Origin: Sedimentisphaeraceae bacterium JB056
Lineage (GTDB): Bacteria; Planctomycetota; Phycisphaerae; Sedimentisphaerales; Sedimentisphaeraceae
Direction of reading: 5' to 3'
Assembly: GCA_044440125.1 (NCBI GenBank)
Contig: JBITAJ010000021.1
Coordinates: forward strand, 96,001-160,000
DNA: 64,000 bases
Shown here: piece by piece, positions 30,084 through 40,395 of the stretch
Layout of the letters: the number at the start of each line of letters is the position of its first letter
Position numbering within the stretch: position 1 is the stretch's first letter
Notes under the pieces: model-generated
What the model was told of the DNA's origin: nothing
The model's database searches: none
The model's input: the letters and a program-made list of their open reading frames with translations, nothing else
Translations under genes and position numbers: made by a program

Positions 30084-33000
30084 TCAATAGTTAGCAGCAA
30101 GCGGCACATGTATATTGTAGGAATGTCTGCCGTTATTGCCCTGCTTCTCAAGAACCGAGAGAAAGAGCATTTTGGGTTTACCATTTTCAAAATACAGCTG
30201 CGGTCGTTCGAGCCGGAAGATTTTCTGCAACCGATTCTCCCATCTTATTTCCGGAATCGTTATAAACGGATTTTTCGCCGGCGACCACCGCAAGCCGTCT
30301 TTCGAACAAAATAAAACCAACGCACTTTCTGTATCGGCAAAGCGAGATGCCTTATCTTTCACTATTGCATAGTATAAACAGCGGTTCCTATCATACCACA
30401 CAAACGGATCTTCTGCGGGAAAGTCATTCTCAGAAGCAATAAACACCTCTCTGCTGCGTTTTATAAACGGACCTTCAGGAGATTCGGCGATTGCCGTTAA
30501 GTGCGTTACAGGTCCACCAAAGGGAAGCGGTCTTTGGCAAGCTACCGCTTTATAAACCATAAGATATTTACCATCAGCACCTTGTGTTACCGATGGATTA
30601 CAAACACACAAAGAATCAGGAGCCTTAGCATCGGCACTTACATCAATAATAGGCTCATCTAATCTTCTCCATGGTCCATCCAAACTATCGGCAACCGCTA
30701 CTCCAATACGCTGATTATTCCGGTGTGTCCAGTTGAGGTCGTTAAAATCATGAACAACCATACCATCGCCCGTACTGCCAGTATAATAGAGATAATATCT
30801 GCCATCAAAAGCCTTAACGGTAGGATTATGGGCAGAATGCGAATCCCAGTAATTACCTTCACGCTTGCCCAAAGCAACGTCCTTAAACCGATATGTGCCG
30901 CCGGGTGTTTCTGCAACGGCATGGGCTATCTTTGAATGAGTAGCCCAGCTTTGGAAGCCAAGTTCCTTACGCCAGCGAGAATAAAACAGATGATATTTAC
31001 CATCATCCGCCCTAAGGATTGTCGCGCCCCAAATATGCCACTTGTCCTGTTCGAGGATTGAGTATTCAGGTACAGGCTGCATCATTGAACCTATATCAAG
31101 ATTATCTTGCGAAGAGTCGGATCTCAAGGCAACAAATTTTACCGCATCGGCAACAGTATCGCCTTGCTCACCAGCATAAAGCTTAACATAATTGCCCTGC
31201 CCCTTTAAAAGCTCAAATCTTCCAAGAAATATCCATTGCCGGTCATAACAATTACTCTTCTGGTCATAAGTGAAATAATCAAAAATATCCTTGCCACCAT
31301 TATACCCGACCTCAACAGGAACGTATTCACTATTAGCCTCACTCACCGGATACCTTATGTAGACATGATAGCTCCCACTATTTTTAATTTTGGGTTTCCA
31401 GCAAGCCCATTTTTGTTGGGATTTATTAGAGGAACGACATAGAGCATAATCTTTGCCGTAAAAATTTTCTAAATCGGCAGAGATATTCCAATTTTCACAA
31501 CTGCTGAAACCATCATCACTGTTATCAACTATAATCACTTCGTCAGATTCGGATAAAGGCAATGCTGGGCAAGGCTTATCAGTTAATCCTGCATTTTTGA
31601 TAATATCAAGGGCTTTCTCTGGCCAATCAACATCTTTATAGACATAATTATCCCTCACAACACGATTATGACCTGTTACAGACGTCTCAAGCGTAGTCGT
31701 AAAATTATTCTCCGCTATTATATCACGCTTTATCTGCGGATTAAAGGCACGCTGTCCTATAAGCCTTTGAGCATTCTCGATTACATTATTACGGAATATC
31801 CAATACGCACCGCAGCCATCATTGTAAAAAGCCGGATCGTGCCTTTGAGTCATCATATCTTTTACATAATTCCCAACTGCATAAGAAGCGTAAACTGGAT
31901 TAGGAGAATAAATAGCCGCCCCGTCAACAAGCTCTGCCAGGTATTTTTCGACTCTATTGTTTCTGACTATCGCATTCTTCGGCTCGGTTATAATATCATC
32001 ACCAAGCCACCCCCATCCCACATTAATACCGGAGTATGGCACATTACAAATATCATTATGCTCAATAATTATAGAATCGCAATAAAACACCATTATCCCA
32101 AGACTGCCGAAATAATCAGTGCCGATATTATCTATCTCATTATTGTAGATCAGGTATCTGCGAGGCCACATATTTTGATTTAACGGCTTATAACAATCAT
32201 TACCAACCTCAACAGCAGTTGCGGCAATATCCGAGAATTTATTTGATGCGATAATATTATCATTTCCACCATAATTGAACGTAAGAGCCGTACCGCCAAG
32301 ATTATTGAAGTGACAATTTTCTACTTTTATACGATCGCCTGAATGTATCTCCATCGCAGCAGGTATGCGATCTTTCTGCTGGTTATGGCGATAGCGTGAA
32401 TCGTGTTTCTTATTCTCAGGCAGAGGTAAAAGCGTATTCGCCTGCACATCAACAAAGCCGGCTATGTCAGGTCTTGTCCAGTTGGTATAGGTAAAACTTA
32501 AACCGTCAAAAACAATATCGCGTACTTTTTCATCAAGAGAACCTCCAAGGGAAATAAGCGTCTGAGTTTGAGGGATAACCACCTCGATATTTTCGGGCTT
32601 CTGATCTTTCAACGGATAGTAGTACAGCAAACCATTCGAGCGATTATAATACCACTCTCCAGGTGTATCAATAAACTCCAAGGCATTTTCGAGCCAGAAA
32701 TCCTTACCGTAATATTTCCTCGCACCCTGCGGCTCATTCTTCAAGCTGTCCCACTCCAGAGGATTTATGACAAGCCGGTCGAATTCTCCAACCGAATAGA
32801 CCTTATCTACACGCAGTCTCTTATGCATCCACAAAGTTTTGATTGAAAGCTCAATATCATCAAACGACACAATATTATCAGTAAGCCCTTTTTCAATATT
32901 AAAGCCATCGTGAATTATTTCAGATTTAAGCTTATAATATTCTCCAATCTCAGGTTCTCTGGCTCGAACTTTTTTTTCGGAATTGACATAAATCTGTCTG

Positions 33001-33407
33001 AAACTCAATCCCTTGCCAATATAACCCTTTAACAGTTTACCTTCCGCTACCTGCCATTGAACATCAAGTTTTTTGCCACCAAATAGAATCGGCTTTTCAC
33101 CGGGAAAATTTCGATATATGACTTTATGAGAATTGAAACCTGAATCGCAAACAGAAAAAATAACAGGAGAATCTATTTCATACACACCCTCTTTGAGATA
33201 TACAACAATATCCTCAAACATACCGGAATTGACTTTAGATACCGCAAGCTTTGCCCTCTCAATGGTTCTAAAACATTCATCTACACTTTTACCTGAAAAA
33301 CTATCATTCCCATTTGAAGGGTCAACATAAAAGACTTCAGCCAAAGCAAAAGAAGTTAAGACAACTGTTATCAAGACAAGAGAAGAAACAACTTTATTAT
33401 AAAACAT
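30084..33407 (-). CDS. Secreted trimodular enzyme: GH141-like beta-helix, golvesin/Xly-CBD-like domain, GH43/GH117-like propeller
   Basis: FYVDPSNGND, QIYVN..VRAREP, ENALEFIDTPGEWYY, DGAAIY; IIVDNSD...ADAVKFV; HIWGAT, YHLFYSRW, HNPTV, AEDPFVW, LERPQL. Start moved to 33407. Confidence 0.72.
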   Translation of the reverse strand: MFYNKVVSSLVLITVVLTSFALAEVFYVDPSNGNDSFSGKSVDECFRTIERAKLAVSKVNSGMFEDIVVYLKEGVYEIDSPVIFSVCDSGFNSHKVIYRNFPGEKPILFGGKKLDVQWQVAEGKLLKGYIGKGLSFRQIYVNSEKKVRAREPEIGEYYKLKSEIIHDGFNIEKGLTDNIVSFDDIELSIKTLWMHKRLRVDKVYSVGEFDRLVINPLEWDSLKNEPQGARKYYGKDFWLENALEFIDTPGEWYYNRSNGLLYYYPLKDQKPENIEVVIPQTQTLISLGGSLDEKVRDIVFDGLSFTYTNWTRPDIAGFVDVQANTLLPLPENKKHDSRYRHNQQKDRIPAAMEIHSGDRIKVENCHFNNLGGTALTFNYGGNDNIIASNKFSDIAATAVEVGNDCYKPLNQNMWPRRYLIYNNEIDNIGTDYFGSLGIMVFYCDSIIIEHNDICNVPYSGINVGWGWLGDDIITEPKNAIVRNNRVEKYLAELVDGAAIYSPNPVYASYAVGNYVKDMMTQRHDPAFYNDGCGAYWIFRNNVIENAQRLIGQRAFNPQIKRDIIAENNFTTTLETSVTGHNRVVRDNYVYKDVDWPEKALDIIKNAGLTDKPCPALPLSESDEVIIVDNSDDGFSSCENWNISADLENFYGKDYALCRSSNKSQQKWACWKPKIKNSGSYHVYIRYPVSEANSEYVPVEVGYNGGKDIFDYFTYDQKSNCYDRQWIFLGRFELLKGQGNYVKLYAGEQGDTVADAVKFVALRSDSSQDNLDIGSMMQPVPEYSILEQDKWHIWGATILRADDGKYHLFYSRWRKELGFQSWATHSKIAHAVAETPGGTYRFKDVALGKREGNYWDSHSAHNPTVKAFDGRYYLYYTGSTGDGMVVHDFNDLNWTHRNNQRIGVAVADSLDGPWRRLDEPIIDVSADAKAPDSLCVCNPSVTQGADGKYLMVYKAVACQRPLPFGGPVTHLTAIAESPEGPFIKRSREVFIASENDFPAEDPFVWYDRNRCLYYAIVKDKASRFADTESALVLFCSKDGLRWSPAKNPFITIPEIRWENRLQKIFRLERPQLYFENGKPKMLFLSVLEKQGNNGRHSYNIHVPLAANY

Positions 33408-33408
33408 A

Positions 33409-36400
33409 TCAATCCATCCAATAATCCGCAAGCATCAAAATATCATAAACATCTAAAAGTCGATCTCCGCCAATTGGCCCAATATCTGACTCTAAATCAC
33501 TGCTAAGCCAACCTTCTGCAAAAACGGCAAAATCTTCATTATCAACAATCATATCCCTGTTGAGATCACTGAATACCCGCAACCCTATTTGGTCAAATTC
33601 AATTGCATCGAAACCAAGAGCAAAAACAGGTGAATTAACATCAAGCTTAAAACTGGAAAGCTCGCTGAAAATAGGGTCAGCGGCAACGCTATGCAAATCA
33701 ACACCAACAGCCTGAACAGATGCAAGATAATTGTTTGTAAAATTAGTATCATTCAAAGTATAGAACAAATTATTATCCACAACACAGGTAGATAGCTTAT
33801 TAGATTCATCCTCGTAAAAATTCACAGCCTGCCCGCTGTTATAGAATATATTATTGCTAATAACCGCATTATCAGATGTAGTATGCGGACGCAAAAGAAG
33901 GAAACCTCTCGGTTCAATACCCCAATCAAAACCAGAATCTCCGGGCTGATAGAGATCAAATATAATATTATTACGCACTACATTATACTCTTTGATAATA
34001 ATACCTGTGTATGCACATTTATGGATAATGTTGTTTTCGAGAGTTACATTCGCCTGATAATCATCACATCTTATGCCTCCATGAGCACCAGCGGCATAAA
34101 TATGATGTATATAATTACCACGAACCACATTGCCAAGCCCGGCATAACGCAGATATATACCGTTGCCATCGCCAAGCATTGTACACGTATTATACACCTC
34201 ATTACCCTCAACCAGATTATTATGGCTGGTGGTAATATCTCTTGAGCCAGTTATTGTTATGGCAGTATATGGCGTATCCGCTACAAGATTTTGTTGAATA
34301 AAATTATTCTGAGACTGATAAACAAGAACACCATGCCCATTCCAGTATTTTCTGCCGGGATTAATAATCCGATTATTATATATTTTATTATACTGATTTA
34401 TCAGGCGGCTATCATCAGGACCGCATATAAAAATACCAGTACCGCCGATATTGTCCATGTTGCAGTTACTAACCTCTATCATTCTTGCGTACTGATCCAT
34501 TCTTACAGCAGAAGCGGCTCCATCAAATTGACAACGGTCGATCTTACAACTACTCGCCCATCTAAACCTCACCATAGCATTATTGGAATCGTAAAAATCC
34601 CAACCATGCTGTACCTGCTCACTATACTGATCACCCACTACTTCATATCTGTCCGAACGCTCGAAACGTATTCGCCTGAAAGTTATATTTCTTGCCGCAA
34701 CTGACAGTGACTCCTGACCTTCAACAGATACGTAATTACAAAGCGCAGGTGCTGATATATTCTGCGGCTCGCTTTGCAGAAGCGGCCATAAATAAACCTT
34801 ACCCTTAGCAGTATCAGTAAACCACCTGCCCGGCTGTGTCATACCCTGTGGTACATTTTCTATCCAAACCGATTGGTCAACAACAGGCTGGTCAGTATGC
34901 CTCAAAGGCAGCAGATAATATGTTGCGGGATATAATGTAGTCAATACATTGGAACTGGTATCAACAGATTTAACCGGTAAAATCTGCATAGAATACGGCA
35001 CATCCGCTCGTATGACAAGTTCAACATCTTCTATATTGTCCCAATCACTTAGAACGCCCTGAGGACAATAAAGCCTTGTCTTGGATTTATGGTCATCATC
35101 AACATCAAGAGGGATAAAACCGGGAGCCTGAGCCCTTGGCAGCTCATTATCCCCATCATAAAGAATCTTGAAATCACCAGCTTGCTGTGGCAAATCAGCA
35201 ACCCATAAATTACCTGATGCCGATTCCGGCAAACCTTCAGGCTGCTCTGAAACAGCAAGCGGCTGCCAATCAATTATGCTAACATCAGAATTTACAGAGG
35301 CTTTATGCCCGGGTGCTGAAGAATAAGTTACCCTGTATGGACCAGTACCGCTATCAGCAATGCCCAACTCAAGGGATTTCGTTAAATTATACTGCCCGCT
35401 CATAAGCCAGACAGTGATATTACGAGAAGGATCATTTTCTCGCGAATACCTAACAGCATCTCTTGCCCTTTGCAATGTAGCAAATGGCATATCGCTTGTA
35501 CCGCTATTATTATCACTACCATCTGGTGATACGTAATATTCATCAAGAAATGCCGGTGCAGTAAAGGTCGTAAACTGCCAAATATCACCGGTGGTTACAC
35601 CAACTGAATTACGGCAGTCAATCCTCCAGTAATACTGTTTGCCATAATCAATATTTTCAGGCATAATAGAATCACCGGCAATTGTTCCAATATAAACATC
35701 ACTCAAAACATTATCAGCGTTATAAACCTCAGTATAACTCTCACCAAGATAGACATCGTAGCTCTCCGCCTTAACCGCCTCAGTCCATCCAAGCTTATCA
35801 TATACACTAAGAAAGCCGCCATCCTTCGGAGACAATGCAATTGCCTTTTGCGGCAAAACAGGCTCTTGGCGAGTCCTGAAAGACCAAACAGGTCCCTGAA
35901 CAATTGTACCGGAAGTAAGAAGCTGATCGACCCTCCAATAATAATCACTGCTATAATTCATAGTTGATGGTGAGAATTCATTTGTACTGTATATCCCCTG
36001 CGAAGGAGAAGTGTATGGATCAGAAGCATTAAGAACCTGCTGATAGTCAGTACCAAAATATATTATCTGCGATTCAACCAAACCCTCACCATTTTGCCAT
36101 TGAAGTGTAATATCAGTATCTACTCCTACAGCATTCTCTAACGGCAAAGGCGAACTGGATACGAGCAAATCTTCACCGCTAACCTGCACTTCACTTATAC
36201 CACCATAGCCGCCGCCCCATGAGCCGTTTATTCTCAATGCTATCCAGCGGCATTGAGCATCGTCAATATCCACGATTTCCGGACTGTCATAATCATCGTT
36301 TCCCGGTGCCTGCGGAATTATCACATTTGTTTTATTAAGTGTCCAAGCCTGCGGGTTTTCAATAGGATTGCCAGGGGAATCAACTCTATCAGCCGTTAAA

Positions 36401-37644
36401 ACATCAATGTTTTTGATGCCTCTGTCAGTATAGCCGCTCCAGTTGTAATTCCATATTTTCAATTCTTTTACAAGTCTGCTTTTTCCAAGATCAATACGAA
36501 ACCATTTTGGGAATTCTGCGATTTCACTATCCTGCCACATAGAATAATTATTCTGAGAGATATGAGATTCTCCGCTTAAACCGGAACCATCAACAGCAAA
36601 TACCGCCTCGCGGATATCAGAGTACTCACCTGATGCCGCAGCATCCAAGCCGTTAAACAGCCCGTTTACCGTAAAGCTCCACGTAGTACCTCTGACAACA
36701 AAACCATCAGACCATACAAGATCAACACGCCAGTAGTAATCTCCACCACAACGTAAATTACTCAACTGATAACTGTCAGTTGTAACATTACCATAAAATT
36801 GCGGTGAATTTGTATCAGCATGAACTACACTATCGTAATCATCGCCAAAATACAAGTTACTCGTAACATCTGATGAACCGCTATCCCACTGCAGCAGCAC
36901 ATCAAAAGCAACCCCGCTTTGTCCTGAATAAGGTACAGGCGTTGATGCCTGCACAAACCTTCTTACCGTAGTCTGTCCAATACCATCTCTTGCATCTGGG
37001 TCATAGCTTGCGTAAAGCTGCCCTAAGCCTTCATAAGGCAGGATACTGCTTCCGAAATAACTCTCAATTTCAGCAACACGGTCATACTTAACACTGAACG
37101 TACCATCACCAATATAAATCCTGCTGTATGTAGCGGCATCATCAGCCTGCAGCAATAATCTGTTGCAAGTTACAGTACCACCTAAAAGATACCATTGCGA
37201 CAAACCGCTTCTATACCCAACACGCCAGAAATCATCGCATATAACCTCTCCGTTAAATTGTTCAAAACGAGCCGCATAGAAACTGTCATCGTAGAAATGT
37301 TCATTGCCAAGACTTATACCCGATTTTGCGTGAAGCGTGCCGCCGGTCATTTTTATATAAGTCTGCTTTGAACCGCTGCCAAGACTGGACATACGAAGAC
37401 GTGAACAAGTAACACTATCACCATCGGCAATAAGACAGTAATTACCGGTTATCTCATAATCCTCATCAAAATAAACAATGTCACTATCTGAGGGCAATTG
37501 TGCCGGTATCCAGTTGCTTGTATTGTTCCAGTCATGGTCTCCTGCTGAATCATTAAAATAGTAATCACCGGCTATCAGGAAATTAACTGCGCACAAAACA
37601 GCTAAAAACGGTAAGATTTTCTTTTCTATCGTTTTTTGGGACAT
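33409..37644 (-). CDS. Large secreted modular protein: N-terminal beta-rich domain, three Ig-like repeats, discoidin-like domain, GH141-like beta-helix, two-handed dockerin
   Basis: Three YFG/YLG...YYWR(V/I)D...W(S/Q)F repeats; FRIDLG..WNYN..GISEV; YYVSPDGSDNNSG..PFATLQRARDAVR; DGNGIY; SDLNRDMIVDNED...DRLLDVYD. Confidence 0.75.
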   Translation of the reverse strand: MSQKTIEKKILPFLAVLCAVNFLIAGDYYFNDSAGDHDWNNTSNWIPAQLPSDSDIVYFDEDYEITGNYCLIADGDSVTCSRLRMSSLGSGSKQTYIKMTGGTLHAKSGISLGNEHFYDDSFYAARFEQFNGEVICDDFWRVGYRSGLSQWYLLGGTVTCNRLLLQADDAATYSRIYIGDGTFSVKYDRVAEIESYFGSSILPYEGLGQLYASYDPDARDGIGQTTVRRFVQASTPVPYSGQSGVAFDVLLQWDSGSSDVTSNLYFGDDYDSVVHADTNSPQFYGNVTTDSYQLSNLRCGGDYYWRVDLVWSDGFVVRGTTWSFTVNGLFNGLDAAASGEYSDIREAVFAVDGSGLSGESHISQNNYSMWQDSEIAEFPKWFRIDLGKSRLVKELKIWNYNWSGYTDRGIKNIDVLTADRVDSPGNPIENPQAWTLNKTNVIIPQAPGNDDYDSPEIVDIDDAQCRWIALRINGSWGGGYGGISEVQVSGEDLLVSSSPLPLENAVGVDTDITLQWQNGEGLVESQIIYFGTDYQQVLNASDPYTSPSQGIYSTNEFSPSTMNYSSDYYWRVDQLLTSGTIVQGPVWSFRTRQEPVLPQKAIALSPKDGGFLSVYDKLGWTEAVKAESYDVYLGESYTEVYNADNVLSDVYIGTIAGDSIMPENIDYGKQYYWRIDCRNSVGVTTGDIWQFTTFTAPAFLDEYYVSPDGSDNNSGTSDMPFATLQRARDAVRYSRENDPSRNITVWLMSGQYNLTKSLELGIADSGTGPYRVTYSSAPGHKASVNSDVSIIDWQPLAVSEQPEGLPESASGNLWVADLPQQAGDFKILYDGDNELPRAQAPGFIPLDVDDDHKSKTRLYCPQGVLSDWDNIEDVELVIRADVPYSMQILPVKSVDTSSNVLTTLYPATYYLLPLRHTDQPVVDQSVWIENVPQGMTQPGRWFTDTAKGKVYLWPLLQSEPQNISAPALCNYVSVEGQESLSVAARNITFRRIRFERSDRYEVVGDQYSEQVQHGWDFYDSNNAMVRFRWASSCKIDRCQFDGAASAVRMDQYARMIEVSNCNMDNIGGTGIFICGPDDSRLINQYNKIYNNRIINPGRKYWNGHGVLVYQSQNNFIQQNLVADTPYTAITITGSRDITTSHNNLVEGNEVYNTCTMLGDGNGIYLRYAGLGNVVRGNYIHHIYAAGAHGGIRCDDYQANVTLENNIIHKCAYTGIIIKEYNVVRNNIIFDLYQPGDSGFDWGIEPRGFLLLRPHTTSDNAVISNNIFYNSGQAVNFYEDESNKLSTCVVDNNLFYTLNDTNFTNNYLASVQAVGVDLHSVAADPIFSELSSFKLDVNSPVFALGFDAIEFDQIGLRVFSDLNRDMIVDNEDFAVFAEGWLSSDLESDIGPIGGDRLLDVYDILMLADYWMD

Positions 37645-37668
37645 AATTAATAAAGATGATACCTATCA

Positions 37669-39387
37669 TCAGGATAATTCAAAGCTAAACATATTTATCT
37701 CTGATGCGCCATGAGTTTCAAGGAGTGTAAATCTGATTGCTTTAGCCTGAACGTTTAGATTTAAAGTTACGTGTCTTTGATGGTTATTGTTTTCTTTATA
37801 TGCACACTGCCAACTATCACCATCACTGACCTCAATAGTAAAAGCTTTTGGGAGAGTCTGCGGCACAGATAATTGCTCAAAATTCTTTGGCTTAAGAAAC
37901 TTCATGTCAAGCCCTCTACCAAGATCACTATCAAAAACAAGACGTACATTATTAATATTACGAGATGCCTCAAATTCATACAAAGCATAATCACCTGCAC
38001 TCGCCTTCCAGCAATTGTCATTGCCTGCAACCGGTCTGTCGATACCGTTTCTCAGTGATTCAGCAACCCCATTAGAAACACTAAGAGAAGCCTCCAATGT
38101 CAAAACAGTCTGTTCTCTGACTATGCCTGGTAAAAAGCAATCATCATCGAGAAGCGATTGCTGGAGTTCCCGTATATGGCTGCCGGTAATATCCGAAGGC
38201 ATGCAGCTATACTTTTTAGCCACAGAAGCAGCATTACCTACCGCCTGGCCAAGAAGTGCACAAGTCGCCATTACCCTTGTAGAACTGAGAGCTGTATGTG
38301 TAGCACTTATATTTCTTCCGGCAAAGAAAAGGTTCTTTATATTCCGAGAATAAAGACTCCTGTAAGGTATGCCGAATGGAGATGGTGCTTCATGAAAAAT
38401 AGTCGGATAGCCCTCGTAATTAAAACCGGCAGGATGATGGTCATCCATCGGCCAGCCGCCAAAGGCTACAACATCATCAAACTTTCCCTCACTCCTGACA
38501 TCATTCTGCGTAATAATATAATCACCGACATAACGCCTTGACTCTCTCTTACCCGGAAGGAAACCAACCCATTCAAGCTCCCAGTTATCAGCCCCATGAT
38601 CACCGCTGTTTTTTATATGATCCCAAACTCCATAACATATTTTAAGAAGCTCATCACGACACTTTTCTGTATCTTCAATAGCGTGTCCTTCCCCGCCAAT
38701 CTCAATCCACCAGAAATTCTGTTTTCTGTCAAGCGCATGATCTCTATTAAGCTGCTGATCTGTTTCATATTTGTAAGCCCACGTGGGAGGTATAAATTCA
38801 CATTTGTACTCTCTCTCCCTTGCCTGCATAAGGCAACTGAGCCCCATGGTTTTTTTGTCTGCAATCTCTGGAGCAATATCTTCGTCAAATTCATGACGTG
38901 CCTCTCTTCCAAACCGATACTCTGCTCCAGAAAGCGGCGCGAGGATGGAATCTCCGGAACAATCCGCAAAATACTCAGCTTCTACAAAGTGCCATGTTTC
39001 AGTAGTCATCTGCCACGCTTTTATTGCAATGATAAGATTGTCTTTCATCACAATATCATTGCATGTAGTATTAAGAAAAAGCTCTATATTACTCTCAAGA
39101 ATAACCTTCTCGTATAAAATAGTATCCCATATCGAATAATTTGAATAAGGATTACGATAACGATTCTCAAGCAATATCTCTTCAATTATTCCGGTTTCCC
39201 TATTATTCTCACCATGAGCCCCGCAAACCCACATACGAACTTCACTCGAAGAATTACCGCCAAGAACCGGTCTATCCTGAATGAGAGCTACCCTCACACC
39301 TCTTCGAGCCGCCGCAACGGCAGCACAAACTCCAGCCAAACCTCCGCCAACCACACAAAAATCAAAACGATGTTTTAAATTACGCAT
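37669..39387 (-). CDS. FAD-dependent oxidoreductase with C-terminal beta-sandwich
   Basis: VVGGGLAGVCAAVAAAR, LGGNSSSE, ADCSGD, KRESRR, IPYRSLY, AGRNIS, RVMAT. Confidence 0.88.
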   Translation of the reverse strand: MRNLKHRFDFCVVGGGLAGVCAAVAAARRGVRVALIQDRPVLGGNSSSEVRMWVCGAHGENNRETGIIEEILLENRYRNPYSNYSIWDTILYEKVILESNIELFLNTTCNDIVMKDNLIIAIKAWQMTTETWHFVEAEYFADCSGDSILAPLSGAEYRFGREARHEFDEDIAPEIADKKTMGLSCLMQAREREYKCEFIPPTWAYKYETDQQLNRDHALDRKQNFWWIEIGGEGHAIEDTEKCRDELLKICYGVWDHIKNSGDHGADNWELEWVGFLPGKRESRRYVGDYIITQNDVRSEGKFDDVVAFGGWPMDDHHPAGFNYEGYPTIFHEAPSPFGIPYRSLYSRNIKNLFFAGRNISATHTALSSTRVMATCALLGQAVGNAASVAKKYSCMPSDITGSHIRELQQSLLDDDCFLPGIVREQTVLTLEASLSVSNGVAESLRNGIDRPVAGNDNCWKASAGDYALYEFEASRNINNVRLVFDSDLGRGLDMKFLKPKNFEQLSVPQTLPKAFTIEVSDGDSWQCAYKENNNHQRHVTLNLNVQAKAIRFTLLETHGASEINMFSFELS

Positions 39388-39432
39388 AAAATCAAGTCTT
39401 TATATCTAAAGTTGCAAATCTTTATGTGGTTA

Positions 39433-40248
39433 TCAATTTTCAGGAAGACCCTTGAGCCAATCCGGCCAGTCAGGACGCGCATCTTCATTATCCAAAGACA
39501 AGGGACCTCGCGTATTGAAACTTCTATTCCATTTTAATGTCCAAAGGCGCTTGATCGCAAGAGGTTTAACACTCTGATCCATAAACAGCATACCGATACG
39601 TCCCTCATGCCTGTCAACACAAAACCTCTGCATCCCAAGTGTATTGCCATTCTGATAATACTGTCCCGGTTGCTCCGGTGGAGCGTCTGTAGCAAGCGGT
39701 CTGGCAATCCAAAAAGCTCCATCAGCAAGCATAGGTATATCACTCGCCTGCGAAACAGTGGATCTTCTCCAATGATCTTTTGTAGAAAAACCGCTGACAG
39801 TATCATAAGGCGGATTGGTTATCCACCAGTTTATACAATAACTGCCCTTTACATTATTAACAATTTCTGTATCTTTTATATGACTACCCGAAACACTCCA
39901 TGCGCCGTGCGAACCATTATTCGATGCTGTAGAATTATTTGTCTCGTATCTTTTTATACCCGGACACAAAAGGATATCCAGATTGTCAATATAATCATCT
40001 TTCAGAGCATACAACCAGCATCCCTTCCATTCATCCGTAGAAACCCAGCCGTTCATAAACTTATTGTCGTTATCATTAGTGTACATGCTGAATATGACAC
40101 CCCATTGCTTAAGACTCGTCATACAAACAGTTCTCTTAGCCTGTTCACGAACCTTAGCCAATGCAGGCATCATTATAGCCATAAGAATGGCAATAATCGA
40201 AATGACAACCAATAATTCGATGAGAGTAAAACCTTTTTTAATTTTCAT
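39433..40248 (-). CDS. Prepilin-type N-terminal methylation protein (DUF1559-like, H-X9-DQ variant)
   Basis: [39 protein letters not shown]. Start moved to ATG 40248 (GAGG upstream). Confidence 0.88.
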   Translation of the reverse strand: MKIKKGFTLIELLVVISIIAILMAIMMPALAKVREQAKRTVCMTSLKQWGVIFSMYTNDNDNKFMNGWVSTDEWKGCWLYALKDDYIDNLDILLCPGIKRYETNNSTASNNGSHGAWSVSGSHIKDTEIVNNVKGSYCINWWITNPPYDTVSGFSTKDHWRRSTVSQASDIPMLADGAFWIARPLATDAPPEQPGQYYQNGNTLGMQRFCVDRHEGRIGMLFMDQSVKPLAIKRLWTLKWNRSFNTRGPLSLDNEDARPDWPDWLKGLPEN

Positions 40249-40302
40249 AAAAACCTCACTGTTTTCAGTATTTATCATATTCTAATTATCTTATCACAAA
40301 AA

Positions 40303-40352
40303 CCGCACCATACAACGCCATAATACGCCAAAAAACCGCCCTTCTACGCCAT
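40303..40352 (-). promoter_or_regulatory. Putative AraC/XylR-type activator site, copy 1
   Basis: ACGCCAAAAAACCGCCCTTCTACGCCAT (40325-40352) matches 51922-51949 at 27 of 28 nt; CGCC repeats every 10-11 bp. Confidence 0.7.
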
Positions 40353-40395
40353 ACAAGGCCTCACACAAAAGCCACCTAAACCCATAAAGCTTTTT

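Noticed and set aside
33409..37644. Cohesin-bearing scaffoldin
   Set aside because: The ~95-aa YFG...YYWRVD...WSF repeats look Ig/Fn3-like and are shorter than cohesins; an HMM search is needed to exclude this fully
12356..40248. Type II secretion or type IV pilus operon
   Set aside because: Only isolated pilin-like genes; no ATPase, secretin, platform protein or prepilin peptidase in the window
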